NCBI RefSeq assembly: GCF_018350175.1
Contig: NC_058368.1
Span: forward strand, 17,672,001 to 17,736,000
Source of the DNA: Felis catus
Taxonomy: Eukaryota
Direction: 5' to 3'
Length of the DNA: 64,000 bases
In this document: piece after piece, positions 1-12,510 of the stretch
How positions within the stretch are numbered: the first letter of the stretch is position 1
How the letters are laid out: every line of letters begins with the position of its first letter
Position numbers and translations under genes: made by a program
The notes under the pieces: generated by a model
Databases searched by the model: none
What the model was told of the DNA's origin: nothing
Seen by the model: only the letters and a program-made list of their open reading frames with translations

Positions 1-275
1 GCACATATTTGCATGACATTCTTTAGGTATACACCTTAGAATGAATGTAGATCACAGCATGATTCGTCTAGTATGTTGGTTAATGCCAATCTGTTTTCCA
101 ACATAGTTGCACCAACTGACATTCCCACCAGCACCGAAGGAGAATTGTTGCTGTTCTCCATCCTCACCAATGCTGAGTTATGTCAATCTTTTTAAGCTAT
201 TTAATTTAAAAAAGCATATATGTACACAATGCACACATCATAGGTATACAGCTTATGTATTATCAAAAGTAAACA

Positions 276-499
276 GGGGCGCCTGGGTGGCGCAGTCGGT
301 TAAGCGTCCGACTTCAGCCAGGTCAGGATCTCGCGGTCCGTGAGTTCGAGCCCCGCGTCGGGCTCTGGGCTGATGGCTCAGAGCCTGGGGCCTGTTTCCG
401 ATTCTGTGTCTCCCTCTCTCTCTGCCCCTCCCCTGTTCATGCTCTGTCTCTCTCTGTCCCAAAAATAAATAAAAAACGTTGAAAAAAATTAAAAAAAAA
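276..499 (+). mobile_element. Young felid SINE (SINEC_Fc-type)
   Basis: ggggcgcctgggtggcgcagtcggtt head with A/B boxes, CT-rich body, A tail; exact TSD aaaagtaaac at 265-274 and 500-509. Confidence 0.95.
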
Positions 500-797
500 A
501 AAAGTAAACGCAACTAGGTAACTAGCACACATGTCAAGAAATAGGACATCACCAGCACCCCAGAAACCTCCTCCCTGTTCCCCTTCCCAAATATTCCCAA
601 ATATTGACTTCCTAATGGCAATTATCTGAACTTCTGACACTACAGATTTGCCTGATTTTGACCTTCATATAAGTGGAGTCCTGTATTATTATATGAGATT
701 CTTCCATGTTGCTGTATGTAACATCCATTTGGTCTATTTCACTCTATAGTATTCTATTATTTGAATAAATCACAATTTATTTTTCCAATCTGCTTCT

Positions 798-1103
798 TTA
801 TTTTTTGCTTTACTTCCTTTTTTACTTTTCATTTTATTGAAAAAAAATTTTGAGTGTAGTTTACACGCAATGTTATATTAGTTTCAGGTGTACAACATAG
901 CGATTCAAATTCTCTATATGCTATGCTAATGGATAAGGAAGATGTGGAATATCAAATGGTGGAATATTACAGACTATTGCATAGCCATAGAAAAGGATGA
1001 GATTGTGCCATTTGCAACAACGTGAATGGACGTAGAAGGTATTATGCTAAGAGAAATCAGACTGAAAAGGACAAACACCATATGATTGTACTCATATGTG
1101 GCA
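798..1103 (-). mobile_element. Short 5'-inverted (twin-primed) carnivore L1 insertion
   Basis: T-rich tail and antisense L1 3' end at 798-927 joined to sense-strand L1 ORF2-end sequence at 928-1103; near-perfect TSD tccaatct(g)cttct at 784-797 and 1104-1116. Confidence 0.75.
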
Positions 1104-1875
1104 TCCAATCTCTTCTGCTAGATATTTGGATTATTCTCACCATTGTCTATTACACAACATGTTGCTACAAACATTTATGTACACATCTTTGGGTACACAT
1201 TTGCATCTGTTTCTTTTGGGCATATTGATACTGGGAGTAGAAATTCTGGGCAATAGGATATACATATAATTAATCTCAATGGTTAACTTCATAGAGAGTT
1301 TCAGAGTAGTTATACCAAATTTCATTTTTATCAGCAGAGTGTTGGGTTCCTGTCTTATAGTCAGTTTTTTAATTACAAAAAGTCTGATAGACACAATGCC
1401 TTTAATTTTCATTTCCCTGATTACTACCTCGGTTTTATATCTTTTCATACATTTATTAGCCATTCAAATTTTTCTTTTGTAAAAGGTCTGTTCAATTTTC
1501 CTGCCCATTTTTCTATTGGGTTGTCTGTCTCTCACAGATCTCCAGAAGTTTTTATGTAGTCAGAATACTATCCTCTTTTATCTGTGGCTAACTTCATTTT
1601 GCTAATATTTTATTTAGGATTGTGTCATTTATGTTAATAAAGCTTGCCTATAATTTTTATTTCTTTTATAGTTCTTTCCAAGTTTTAGTATCAAAATTAT
1701 GCTGGTGTCATAAAATAAGCTGGGGTATATTTCTTCTTTTTCTTCTTGCTGGAAAACTTTGTATGAAATTGGTGATAATTCTTCTTTACATGTTTGAAAG
1801 ATTCACACATGAAGACAAATGTGTCTACAGTGGCTTTTTTGTAGGAAGTTCTAAATTTTGGATTCAACTTCTTTA

Positions 1876-2076
1876 TTTTTATTTGTATTTTTTGTTTTAT
1901 TTTAGAGAGAAAGAGTGTGTGAGGGGGTAGAGGGGCAGAAGGAGAGAGAGAATCTCAGGTAGGCTCTACACTCAGTGCAGAGCCCAAGGTGGGACTCAAT
2001 CCCACAACCCTGGGGTCATGACCTGAACAGAAATCAAGAATGGGATGCTCAACCAACTGAGCCACCCAGGCACTCC
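1876..2076 (-). mobile_element. Older carnivore SINE (SINEC)
   Basis: Antisense SINEC; exact 17-bp TSD tggattcaacttcttta at 1859-1875 and 2077-2093. Confidence 0.92.
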
Positions 2077-2739
2077 TGGATTCAACTTCTTTAACAGGTG
2101 CAGGACAATACAGATTTTCTATTAATTCTTATGTTCGCTTTAATAAGCTGTATTTAATAGGAACTTCCAATTTTATCTAAATTTCAAACTTTTGAGAGAT
2201 GTTTATTTATAATAAGCTGTTTAAAATTTTTGATGTTTGAAAAGTCTTAAAAGATACTTTTTGCATTCCTGATATTAGTTTTTTATGCCTTTTTTCTTTT
2301 TTGGTGTTAATTAGAATTGTTACATTTTCCTGGTGAATTGATCATCATAAACTATCTTTCTTTTTAAACAGGGATTATTTCCCCATAAAGTCTACCTCAA
2401 CATTAATACACATGCTTTTCTTCAGTTACTGTTTACATGGGATATCTTTTTTTCATACTTTTACCATCAAACTGTCTCTGTCCTTATATTTTAAATGTCA
2501 AATCATGAGCCGGAAGTAATTGGATTTTGTTCTTTAATCCACAGCGCAAATTTTGTCTTTATCAATTTAACTTTAAAGTGACTGCTGATACTTGGAGGTT
2601 TAAAGATAGTTCCTTACAATCACTGAGTTTACTAGCCCGACTATCCTCTCTACATTCGCAGTTGATAATGCTCTTCAAAGCTTATTTTGATTTGATCTGT
2701 GGGCTGTAGGACAGTAATCATTAGAAAGAAATAAAGAGT

Positions 2740-3630
2740 AGAAACTGAAGCCTCAGATGAGCAAAATAATAGTATGGTCTGGGCAAATTATTTTTCAGAG
2801 TACTGAAATTACTTTTAAAAAGATACATGAACCATTGTCGATGTTTTTTGAAAACCTACTAAGAAGAAGTGCTAAAAGTACACGAACGCATATGGTTTTG
2901 ATTCTTCCAAAGAAAAGAGTAGATTATTTTGCTCTTGTCAGCAATCTTAAGGAAAATTCTAAAATTAATGTCTCAGAAAGAATGGTTTGTGAGGCAATCT
3001 TTAGAAGAAGGAATGGCGACTGCCAAACCGCAGTGTGTTAATTTAAAATTCATCTACTATTGTCTACATTTTCTTTTTCTGAAAGGATTACTAGACCATC
3101 AGAACAGAAAGTGATAGATATAATGATTCTGGGACTCAACAAGCCATTTGACATAATATACAGTGGACTTGCTAGGGAAATTTGGGTTGGATAAGATTAC
3201 AACTGAGTGCCTTCAAAACTGATGAATCAACGGTTGCTAAAAGTACTGATCGATTTTCTTGGCCCCATCTGGTTCACAATCTTAAGAAATGGGATGCTTA
3301 TAAAATTGGTGTGTGACAAACTGTGAGAGGGGAAATATGCATTGAATGACAGAATATAGTTCAGAAGGATCCTTTAAGCTACCCTTCCATATGTAGGGGG
3401 GACAAATATAAGGTCAGGAACTTTAATCCAAATATGAAACTGTTGAGACCAGGCTTAACAGTGGTGTGTGTCAAAAGAGCTTAAAATCCTTTAGATCAAA
3501 GTTGAGAGTAAGTTCATTATCAGGCAGCAGAGCAATGGAGCCTCCAGAAAATCTATTTGACTACTACCATAAAAGTATTACATATCAAAGTGAGAATGGC
3601 GCTGGTCAGATATACTTGGAATATCAAACT
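2740..3630 (+). mobile_element. Ancient CR1/L3 LINE fossil (RT region)
   Basis: Degenerate CR1 ORF2 motifs in the expected order: IHEPLSMFFE (~IAEPLSIIFE), 'gactcaacaagccatttgac' (~DFSKAFD), 'cttggccccatctggttc' (~LGPVLF), 'atgcttataaaattg..tgacaaact' (~LIKFADDTKL), 'gctggtcagatatacttggaatat' (~ALVRPHLEY). Confidence 0.65.
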
Positions 3631-4247
3631 TCTCTCTTCCACCCCAGTAATTTCATCACACCCACTGAAATGTGGTATCTTGTCAGAAATTCTAGAAACC
3701 AGATTCTTCACAAAGCAACGGAAAGCTCCAAAGGCGACAGAAATTCCAAAGTGAAGGAATGTAACTCGGCAGTTTCCTTGATGAGTGATGATGGTTTAGG
3801 TATCTGGAGTACTATCATCAAAGACCAGTTGTTGGTATGCAAGGGCAAGATCAAATTTTACGAAGCCCTCCCCACTCCCCCCAGTGAAGATCCGTAGGAA
3901 GTTGCTGACCCAACTGCAAGCAAGGGAAAGGGTAGCTATTATGTAAGCGCTTCATGGACACTGCACTTGAACTCTGTATGACTTCCTTTTCCATTACCGC
4001 TATCGGCACATATACAAAAAGCTCAAGAGCACATTATATGTTTAATCCTTTACAAAGTTTTCCTTTGTTGTTTTCCCCTCTCAGAGAAGTTTTCGTCAAA
4101 AGAAGATCCACAGACCATTGTTCCTCAAGAACGATGATAGTAGTGACTGTGGTCAAATAAGCGGGCACACTTACTTAACAATATATTTTTTAGTTTTTTT
4201 TAAACCGAAGTTTTATTTGTTATCGAGTAACGAACACAATTTTTAAA

Positions 4248-4419
4248 GGTTTTTTAACGTTTACTTATTTTTGAGAGTGAGCAAGACAGAGCATGAGTGA
4301 GGGAAGGGCAGAGAGAGAGGGAGACACAGAGCCTGATGCAGGTCTTGAACCCGCAAACCACGAAATCATGACCTGAGCAGAAGTCGGACACTTAACTGAC
4401 TGAGCCACCCGGGTGCCTT
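4248..4419 (-). mobile_element. SINEC with ~39-bp internal deletion
   Basis: Antisense SINEC; TSD gaacacaat[t/g]tttaaa at 4232-4247 and 4422-4437. Confidence 0.9.
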
Positions 4420-4884
4420 AAGAACACAATGTTTAAAAATCAGATGCTCCCACAAACTTAAATAACAATAGTGGCACCTCGCTCCATTCTTCTCCTCTTG
4501 ATATGAGACCCAACTTTTATTATTTTTAAGCCTCTCTGGAAGCTTTTAGGGAGCTCTTTTTGTTTCTGATATAGTGCATTTTCCCCCCAAGTAATACACA
4601 TTCTGCTTTACAACTTTCAAAATTTTGATGTCATCACTTGTCTGCTCTTTACTCCTTTTCTATTTCCTGTTTCCTTTGTTCTTGTGGTTTCTTTCTGTAA
4701 AAATCCTTTTAACTGACATTTTAACAGCAGTTAATGAGGGAGCAGGTATAAGTGTATGTGTGTTTGATCTACTGGGTTTTCTAAACATTTTCTTCACCAT
4801 AGGAACTCTCTGAACCTAAAAAAAAAAAAAAAAGCAAATGCTTTGTGAATATCTGAGAAGGGGATTTACTTTGTCATATTTTTA

Positions 4885-5300
4885 TATTAGTTAGCTTTGT
4901 TACAGTAACAAATAGCCCCCCAAATTCAGCAGCCTACAACACAGCAAAAATACATTCTATACATGCATGGCACTAGAGGCTTATGTCATCACGGCTCTGA
5001 TCCACCTGCCCACTCATTCCGGGACTTGGCTGAAAGAACAGACATGGCCTAGAACGTGCTATTCTTATCACAGATATGAGAGCAGGAAAGCTAGCAGAAA
5101 CTTCCAAGGCATCTTGGAGCTTCTGCTGGAACGCTCACATTCCATTGGCTGGAGAATGTCACATGCCAAGCCCAAAGGCTATGTATGGGGCACGGGATGT
5201 CTGTCTCTCTCACAGAAAACACTGCATCACACAGTGATTGGCAGGGTGTATGATTCCCTTATAAGGAAGAGGAGAATAGGTAATTGAGAAAAGAATGCCA
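4885..5300 (-). mobile_element. Old ERVL-MaLR LTR (MLT1J/K/L-like)
   Basis: 'tattagttagc..gtaacaaatagccccc', 'ctcacattccattggc..gtcacatgccaagccc' typical of antisense late MLT1 LTRs. Confidence 0.6.
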
Positions 5301-5489
5301 TTGAAAATTGAGAGTAAGAGTATCGACCAACGTATCACAAACTTGTTTGGTCGTGGAATCCGCCCCCCTTTTTTGTTACGTCAGTTGTTAACATTTCATA
5401 GGATTCATATTTCAGGGAACATGATTTGGGAAAATGTTTTCTATGAGAATGAAGTATTATTGATAAGCAAATAGAGTGATGTCAAGGGA

Positions 5490-5735
5490 GACACTTCAGA
5501 GTTTGACAGCCAAGCTTCATTTTAAATAATAGTTCTATCATTTGCTTAATCATGTGGCTTTGGGAAAGTTAATCTCTCTGAGGTGCTTTCCTCATTTGAT
5601 GGACGTAATAACACAAACTCTTCAGCTTTGATGAGAGGATTAGATATGGTATGTGTAAAGTGTCTAGTATGTTATAGTATGGCATTGATAAATATTTACT
5701 GAATAAACGAATGTATGAATGAATGAGTGACTGAA
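5490..5735 (+). mobile_element. MIR with an L2-type 3' end
   Basis: 'tgtggctttgggaaagttaatctctctgag..tttcctcatt' MIR core; ends in (gaat)n. Confidence 0.6.
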
Positions 5736-8235
5736 TAAAAGACTTTAAGTGAAGTGGTGTAATGTCTCAGTTCAGTTGAATTCGGGTTGGGTCTCTCACT
5801 TTAAGCTTCTGATGTCTTGAAGAAATTTTTGGGTAACCTGTTGATGAATCATAGTAATTACACCATTTTAATGGTGTGAATGCTCTTTAACACGATCTCT
5901 TCCCAAGAAACGTCTGCATTGTTCTTCTTGCCAAATATATTTTAAGCTTGAGTCTGCACGCACAGAGTTCCCTACATGATCAGAAAGCCCCGGGAGACGG
6001 GAGTTCCCTGTGTTCCCATGGTACACAGTTGGCACATGTTCTCAGCTATATGCTATGGACGTTTGGAAGTTTTTTCTTACATTTTGAGCCATGTTGTGAA
6101 ATACTTTTGCTAGTTTTGTTTCATCTTATTGGATAGTTGTAAATAATAAATTTCCTCTACTGAGAGATAGCTTTGGAAAAATTCACTATGAACTCAAAAT
6201 ATAAAGATATATCCCATAACATATCACCTAAAAAGTGCTTTTACCTCCATAAAAAAAATGAATGAGAAAGATAATTGTGTAAGTAATGAAATGAAATACA
6301 AGTCAGAATGAAATAAGAACTAGAACAAAGAGAAAAACAAATAAACAAGTCATCAAAATATCAGTCTGGAAACAAATCACTGGGCCACATAATGTAATTG
6401 GAATTGCCTTTACATAATTATCAATTCTTTTCATCAGATGTTCGACTCTGAATAATTATCAATTGCGTTGTTGAGAAATGTGCCTTTAATTATTCCAGAA
6501 GTCTTTCCAATGCCCAAGTTCTAGATGATGGACAAATGGTGAGACATTGTGTTGTGGGAAACATCTGCACTTTGCAAACTACCACCAGCACAGTGCATCT
6601 GGCTGAGAACCTTCGGTTGTGTTTTCTTCCAGACAGAATGAGAGCCATTGCTCTCCATGGCCTGCAGGAAGCTGACTGACTAACCCCATGTTCATCTAGA
6701 TGCCCCATATAGTCATTTACTGTACATGATCTTTTGGGGTTCTCTGGAAGAAATCACGTTAATAGTAAATTATTAGTACTAGTAGGTATTTTTTTTAACT
6801 TATTTTGAGTTAAGGTTTCCTTGGGTGGGGCAGGGGAGGGGAAGGATAGTCAAAGAGACAATAAATGTTTATTTAAAAATTCCTTTGTTGTGGCATAATT
6901 ATTCTGGCCGAACTCCACAGGAAATCTGGGAGGCATGCCACCCCAAAACTCAACACTAGTGCTAAATCACATGTTTGTTTGTAATGTGCATAATAGGTCC
7001 TTCCACCTTAAATTATTTGAAATAGAAAAAAATGTGAATAGGGGTTGCCTTTATGAAAGAATTTTGAAGTGCTCTTTATCACCTTATAGGAACAATTTTG
7101 CAGTGAAATAAAAATATCCAAAGGATCCTTTACCAAGGGAATCTGTTCTCCCATGGATTGCCTCTGGAAGTTCTTCTGTGATGGAAGAAAATGATGCAAA
7201 GTGATCCCCTAAATTAATAGGTGAGAGAACTGGCTTTCCAAAAAAGAATAAATGAGGAAGACTTCACAGACTTTAAGAACACAGGAAGGTATTTTTCAGA
7301 GCAAGCTATCTGATATTCTAAAATAGATGTTTCACTGTTAAATCAGGAAGAGATGGACCAATTTTCAAAGCTTTAAAGGTATAGCCAATTGAATTCATTA
7401 GAATATTCCTTGGTGCCCATTTGGAAGCTCTACCTTCCTGTCGTCGGCTGCCTGGCTTATCCTTCATAGCACCTTTCATTAAATGGAGAAAATACTCTAG
7501 GTTTTCATCAAAGCAAAGGGGCTGGAAGGACTAGGTAGGAAATAATTGTTTGTAGCTTAGCTTTCATCTGAGGACCTCAATGGCTTTTTGTACATGATCT
7601 TTTTTCGTCTTTTCCCAAGTTCCTGCCTGAGTTAAGATAATAGATACTTAATAGTTATAGAACTAGTGGTCTATTGACCCCAGGTCTATTGACCTGCTTG
7701 ACCCCAAGATCTGATGACTAGGAAATAGTTAACATTCAGTGGAATAAATGAAGAATTATAATGTCATATGTAAGAGTAGAAGTGGCCTTTGTTTCATGAT
7801 AAACCTGTTTCCATTACAATACTTGGTCTCTCTCTATTTTCATGAAAGTGAAATTTTTGTAAGGGCTAAAAATTGCAGGTACACATGATCGGCATCCATC
7901 TCAGAGGACTCTCAATGCCCATTTATGTTTAAGGTCTTTAAGAGAAATGATTATGTGCTTCTTTAAATGCCCGTCTAAATGTCTCAAAGAAAATTACATG
8001 AAAATTGCAAACTTTCAAATATCTCTCTTATAAAGGAACTCTGAACCAGAGGTGATTTCCCATCAGAATTTAGTCTTACGTATAACTTGTTTTTAATTTC
8101 TCAAGCTTCACATCTTTTCTTAGACCCGTGTCCAAAACTTTAACAAAGGAACACTCTTTGGAAGTATGCTTTGGACTTGTGCTTACTACAGAGTGCAGAA
8201 CCAGGGGCATATTCTCAAAAGCCCAGAGATACATT

Positions 8236-8759
8236 TGAGAAACAATATGCAAATGGACAATGGTTGGTCCATATGTAAAAATAGAACTCTGACCCACAAC
8301 CTGCAGCTACCCGCCTAGGAAACCAACCCCTTTATCTACAATAAATAGCCTAGGGGGCCACCCTGTCACAAATAAGACTTACAGGAAGCCAGATTGCCAC
8401 CTCCAGTGACAATCCAGGAAGTTAAACAACTTCTGTAATATTCTACCCCAAATGACCAAGATCTAATTAATAATTGATCATTTCCTCATTTTTGTCCCCA
8501 CTTCCAGCTTAGGACCAACCAGAGAAGGCCAAGTATGCAACCTAAGCAATCACGCAGGATGCTTCGCTTCCAGTTCGCCCGCCTCCAGCATCCCTTTGCC
8601 AACAGCCTCCCATCAGGGCTCACCTGAACCTTCCCTTTTTCCACCTGCCTTCAGGTGTCTGCCGAATGCAAGTTATGGAGGCTGACTCCTTTGCTGTAGC
8701 GAGCTCTGAATAAACAGCCTTCGCTTTTCTCCTTTAATTGGCCTTTGTTTACCTGCGCA
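8236..8759 (+). mobile_element. ERV solo LTR (ERV1-like)
   Basis: TG...CA termini, internal repeated 'aggaa[a/g]cca' units, aataaa at ~8709 near the 3' end, possible decayed 4-bp TSD catt/tgtt. Confidence 0.7.
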
Positions 8760-9889
8760 TGTTTAACTTCTAAGAGAAGTATGACATATGACGACTTGTT
8801 CGAGCTTCTCTGGGGCTAATGAATGTGGCGAGAATGAGAAAGTCAAGGCCATATTGAAGTGTTCTATTATGAAAATTATCAAAGATTTCGAGCTGATATT
8901 GCAGAAATAACACTAACAACGAAAGAACTGGCACTGTCTTTTCAAATGATTTGCTCTTCCCGAATACGCTTGACTGAATGGGGTCAGGATATCACGCATT
9001 GTCCAGAAGAGACCAAGTTGCTAGAGTTTGAAACAGAAAGACATACCATGACAGACTGGCAGCTGTGGCTTCCTGTTTCCTCTAGGAATGCACAATTAAA
9101 ACAAAAAAATCTGTTGCCAAAACAGAACAGCTGGAATATGAACAAAAGAGATTTAAGTTTCGCGCTTGGGCCTATAATGTCACTAAATCAGGAACAAGGC
9201 AGCCTTGTCTATAGTACTTCTCTGTAATTTTATATTGAACCGCCCAAGCAAGGATGAAAGGGCTGAAGTTATAATAATAAAAAGATGAGATAAATAAAAA
9301 CCAAATGGTGTTTAAAATAATGACTATAGTGGTCTAATAATATGAATCTATTTCTCTCACCAAGAAGCCTATTATTAGCTGTTGTATTTTAGGAGCAGAG
9401 GTTGCAATGCAACCAGAAAAAGGTAGAAAGGCTAAAGGCTATTGTTGCACAAAATCTCAGGGAAGAAAACATGAGAGTATTTCACTTTGGGTTGAAATGA
9501 TCATATTCACTCCCAGTTATCAATTAGGATGAATGAATTGTTGAAATTAATTATTGCGTGTCAGTTCTTAGTATATATTTGCTAAATGACTGAATGACTA
9601 TGCAATTAAGTCATGCCTAAAAGGATGAGAGGAGACTTTCCCAACCGCACTGGGTCAAGGAGTCATTGTCAGAGAAGTACCACCAGCCTACATTTATACC
9701 GCTACCTTTTAATCAAAGTGGGCCCAACCCATTATTTTGCAGGGGCGGGCATATGCTGCTTTGATTTCTGATCCCTACTCTGTAGGTGAAATTAACCCTG
9801 ATTACAGCTCATGGCACCAGGTACCTGTGTGTGAGCTGAAGCACCTGTATGCGGGTTGCGTACCAAGCAAATGAAGCATCCCTGAGAAG

Positions 9890-10427
9890 TCCTCTGGATT
9901 CATCTGCTACTGCTGCCGTCATAAATCGCCACAGCTTTAGGCAACACCCACTTACTATCTCGCAGTTTCTGCAGAAGTCCCAGAACACTGGGGTTTAGCT
10001 GGCTTTCTGCATAGTCTCAGGGTGTTGAAATTAAGGTGTCTGCAGAGCATCATCTCAGGTCCCTGTTTCCTTAATGGCTGTGGACCTGAGTGTTCCCAGC
10101 ACGTAGGGCTTCCTGAATTCTAAGGTTCACAGTCCCCTTCCTCCATTGTGAAAGCCAGAAAACACAGGTCAAATCTCCCTGCTTCCGTATCTTTTCTGCT
10201 TTTCTCTTCCTCCAGTGCATCTCTGACTGCCATTTCTGTCCCTCCTTCCACTTTTAAGGGCCTATGTGATAACACTGGGATCCCCTGATAACCTAAGATA
10301 ATCTATTTTAAGGGCTATAATCTTTATCTCATCTGCAAAGTCCCTTTGCCATGTAGGGTAGTGTATCTGCAGGTTCCAGCAATTAGGGCATGCACATCTT
10401 TGGAGGGCCATTATTCTGCCTACCACA
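9890..10427 (-). mobile_element. MaLR LTR (MLT1D-like)
   Basis: Ends 'gggccattattctgcctaccaca' (reverse complement of the MLT1D start); 'catctgcaaagtccctttgccatgtagggta' motif. Confidence 0.8.
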
Positions 10428-10570
10428 GGCTTCCTTGAAACCACCAAACAGGTATTCTGTACCTAATTGAGTGGCAACACCCCCTTGCCACTGAAATCTT
10501 TCTTTTCGATGAACCGAGATAAAACACGTTCTTGGAGATCTGATTGTTGTCCCTAAAAAGACAGAGCTAT

Positions 10571-10749
10571 CAGATCATGATCTCACAGCTCATGAGTTCC
10601 AGCCCCACGTCGCGCTCTGTGCTGACAGCTCAGAGCCCTGAGCCTACTTCGGATTCTGTGTCTCCCTCTCTCTCTGCCCCTAACCCACTCGCATTCTATC
10701 TCTGTCTCTCTAAAAAATAAATAAACATTAAAATTTAAAAAAAAAAAAT
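10571..10749 (+). mobile_element. 5'-truncated SINEC
   Basis: Lacks the A-box head; exact TSD acagagctat at 10561-10570 and 10750-10759. Confidence 0.9.
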
Positions 10750-10979
10750 ACAGAGCTATTTCTCCAGTTCACTGTGAAGCTCCCTGTGTTTGTTCTGGTC
10801 GGGGAAGACCACCCTGGATGCTTGCCTTCTATTTACATTCTTGTAAATGTGTGCAAAAAATCTTCGATAATCCCAGGCCTATGTCTATTTCTAGTAGGCC
10901 CAGTGGATTGACTGATATAATGTAGAAGGTCACATTTGAGCTGGGTCTTAAAAAGAAAATTAGGAAGTGTTGGGAGGAA

Positions 10980-11170
10980 ATAACATTATCGAGGCCCTTT
11001 ATAGGTTCAAAACCGTGCTGGTTGCTTCACACGAGTGACCCCATTTAGTCCTCACAACAACTACTGTGTGTCCATTTTACAAGTGAGAGAAATGAGACCG
11101 AGAGAGACCATGTGATGAATAATAAGTGGTGGCACCAAGACACAAAATTTGACTCGAAAGCCAGTGCTCT
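10980..11170 (-). mobile_element. MIR
   Basis: 'catttagtcctcacaacaac..ccattttacaagtgagagaaatgag' antisense MIR core. Confidence 0.65.
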
Positions 11171-11405
11171 GCCCGTTTCAAGTTGGAGGAGGATGGGGGA
11201 AAGAGGAGAAATAATTATTCCAGGAAGATAGCACAGTTTCGTACAAAAGCATGTAATTGATCAGGTGTGTTTCACTTTTAGCTGAGGAAGGAACCAGAAA
11301 CAATGGACCCCAGAGAGCTGGGGCTTGACCACCACCCAAGAAATGGTAATAGGAAAACCGGCAGTAGTTCTAAGTCTAGGTGCACTGCGTGTATGTGTCT
11401 AAGAA

Positions 11406-11410
<5 letters not shown>

Positions 11411-11438
<28 letters not shown>

Positions 11439-11510
11439 CATTATTATTAATTTATATCCAAGTTAGTCAACATACAGTGTAATAATGATTTCAGGAACAG
11501 AATTTAGTGC
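11411..11510 (-). mobile_element. Extremely 5'-truncated felid L1 3' end with (TAA)n tail
   Basis: Reverse complement resembles the 3' terminus of the full-length L1 (29411-29475); exact 16-bp TSD gtgtctaagaatttta at 11395-11410 and 11511-11526. Confidence 0.88.
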
Positions 11511-11832
11511 GTGTCTAAGAATTTTAAATAAATACAGGACTCAGAAAATCCAAGGTAAGATTTCTTGCAGAACTTGTAAAGCTCCCAGAACAGCAGCCAG
11601 AGCAGAAATCCCAAAGGCCCAGATCACTGCATGCTTTTCTCTGGTATTTCTACTTTCATTCTCCAGCACAATCTGGAATGTCTGGCGTTTGGGAGGGGAT
11701 CTCATGCTCCTATTGTCCCCGTCTCCCTCTAGCCAACAAAAGTAAATCTAACATCTCAGAATTTGTTCCAAAAGTAGTCAAATAAAGAAGAGAATCCTTC
11801 CTGTTCCCTGCCGCAATTTGGCAAAAAAGCAA

Positions 11833-12226
11833 TATATTAGTTAGGATTCTCCAGAAAAAAAGAAGAGAGAAAGAGATTTAGAGAATTGGCTCACATGATT
11901 GTGGAGGCCGGCAAGTTTAAAATCTGCACAGTGGGCCAACAGGCTAGAGACCCAGGGAAGAATAAATGTTGTGGTTAAAGTCTGAACTCTTGCTCAGGGT
12001 AGGAATGGGAGAAAAGAGTGAAAATTGCTCTTTGTTGTATTCAGGCCATGCAAGCTGATTGGTAAAGCTCATCCACATTATGGTGGGCAATCTATTTTAC
12101 TCAGGTCTACCAATTTAAATGTAAATCTCATCCAAAAATACTCTCACAGAAACATACAGAGTACCATTTGACCAAATATCTGGGCACCATGGCCCAGTCA
12201 ACTTACACATAAAATTCACCATCATA
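11833..12226 (-). mobile_element. ERVL LTR (MLT2-like)
   Basis: 'tattagttaggattctccagaaa..gaattggctcacatgattgtggaggc..acacataaaattcaccatca' typical of antisense MLT2. Confidence 0.8.
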
Positions 12227-12303
12227 GGCAAGTTAGTACCCATTCATGTTCCATCAACTTCAAGGGCCCCACCATATTTGTGTTTTGAAATATTTAAAAA
12301 AAA

Positions 12304-12510
12304 TTTTTTTAATGTTTTTATTTATTCTTGAGAGAGAGAGACAGAGTGCGAGCAGGGAGGGGTAGAGAGAGGGAGACACTGAATCTGAAGCAAGCTCCAG
12401 GATCTGAGCTGTCAGCACAGAGCCCCATGTGGGGCTCAAACCCACAAGCTGTGGGATCATGACCGGAGCCGAAGTCAGAAGCTTAACCGACTGAGACACC
12501 CAGGCACCCC
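12304..12510 (-). mobile_element. SINEC
   Basis: Antisense SINEC body and head ending 'cccaggcacccc'. Confidence 0.9.

Larger units (their letters stand above)
80..1800 (-). mobile_element. Old, fragmented L1 (L1M-type) 3' region, interrupted by younger insertions
   Basis: Degenerate antisense L1 3'-end/ORF2 motifs (e.g. 'acattcccaccagca', 'ttcttccatgttgctgt', 'ttttcatttccctgattact', 'cccatttttctattgggttg'); boundaries approximate. Confidence 0.65.

Noticed and set aside
276..360. SINE heads as tRNA genes
   Set aside because: A/B boxes continue into the SINE body, CT tract and A tail with TSDs; these are tRNA-derived SINEs, not tRNAs
9711..9766. Inverted TCF/LEF sites flanking a GC box
   Set aside because: 7-8-bp motifs are expected many times by chance; no independent support
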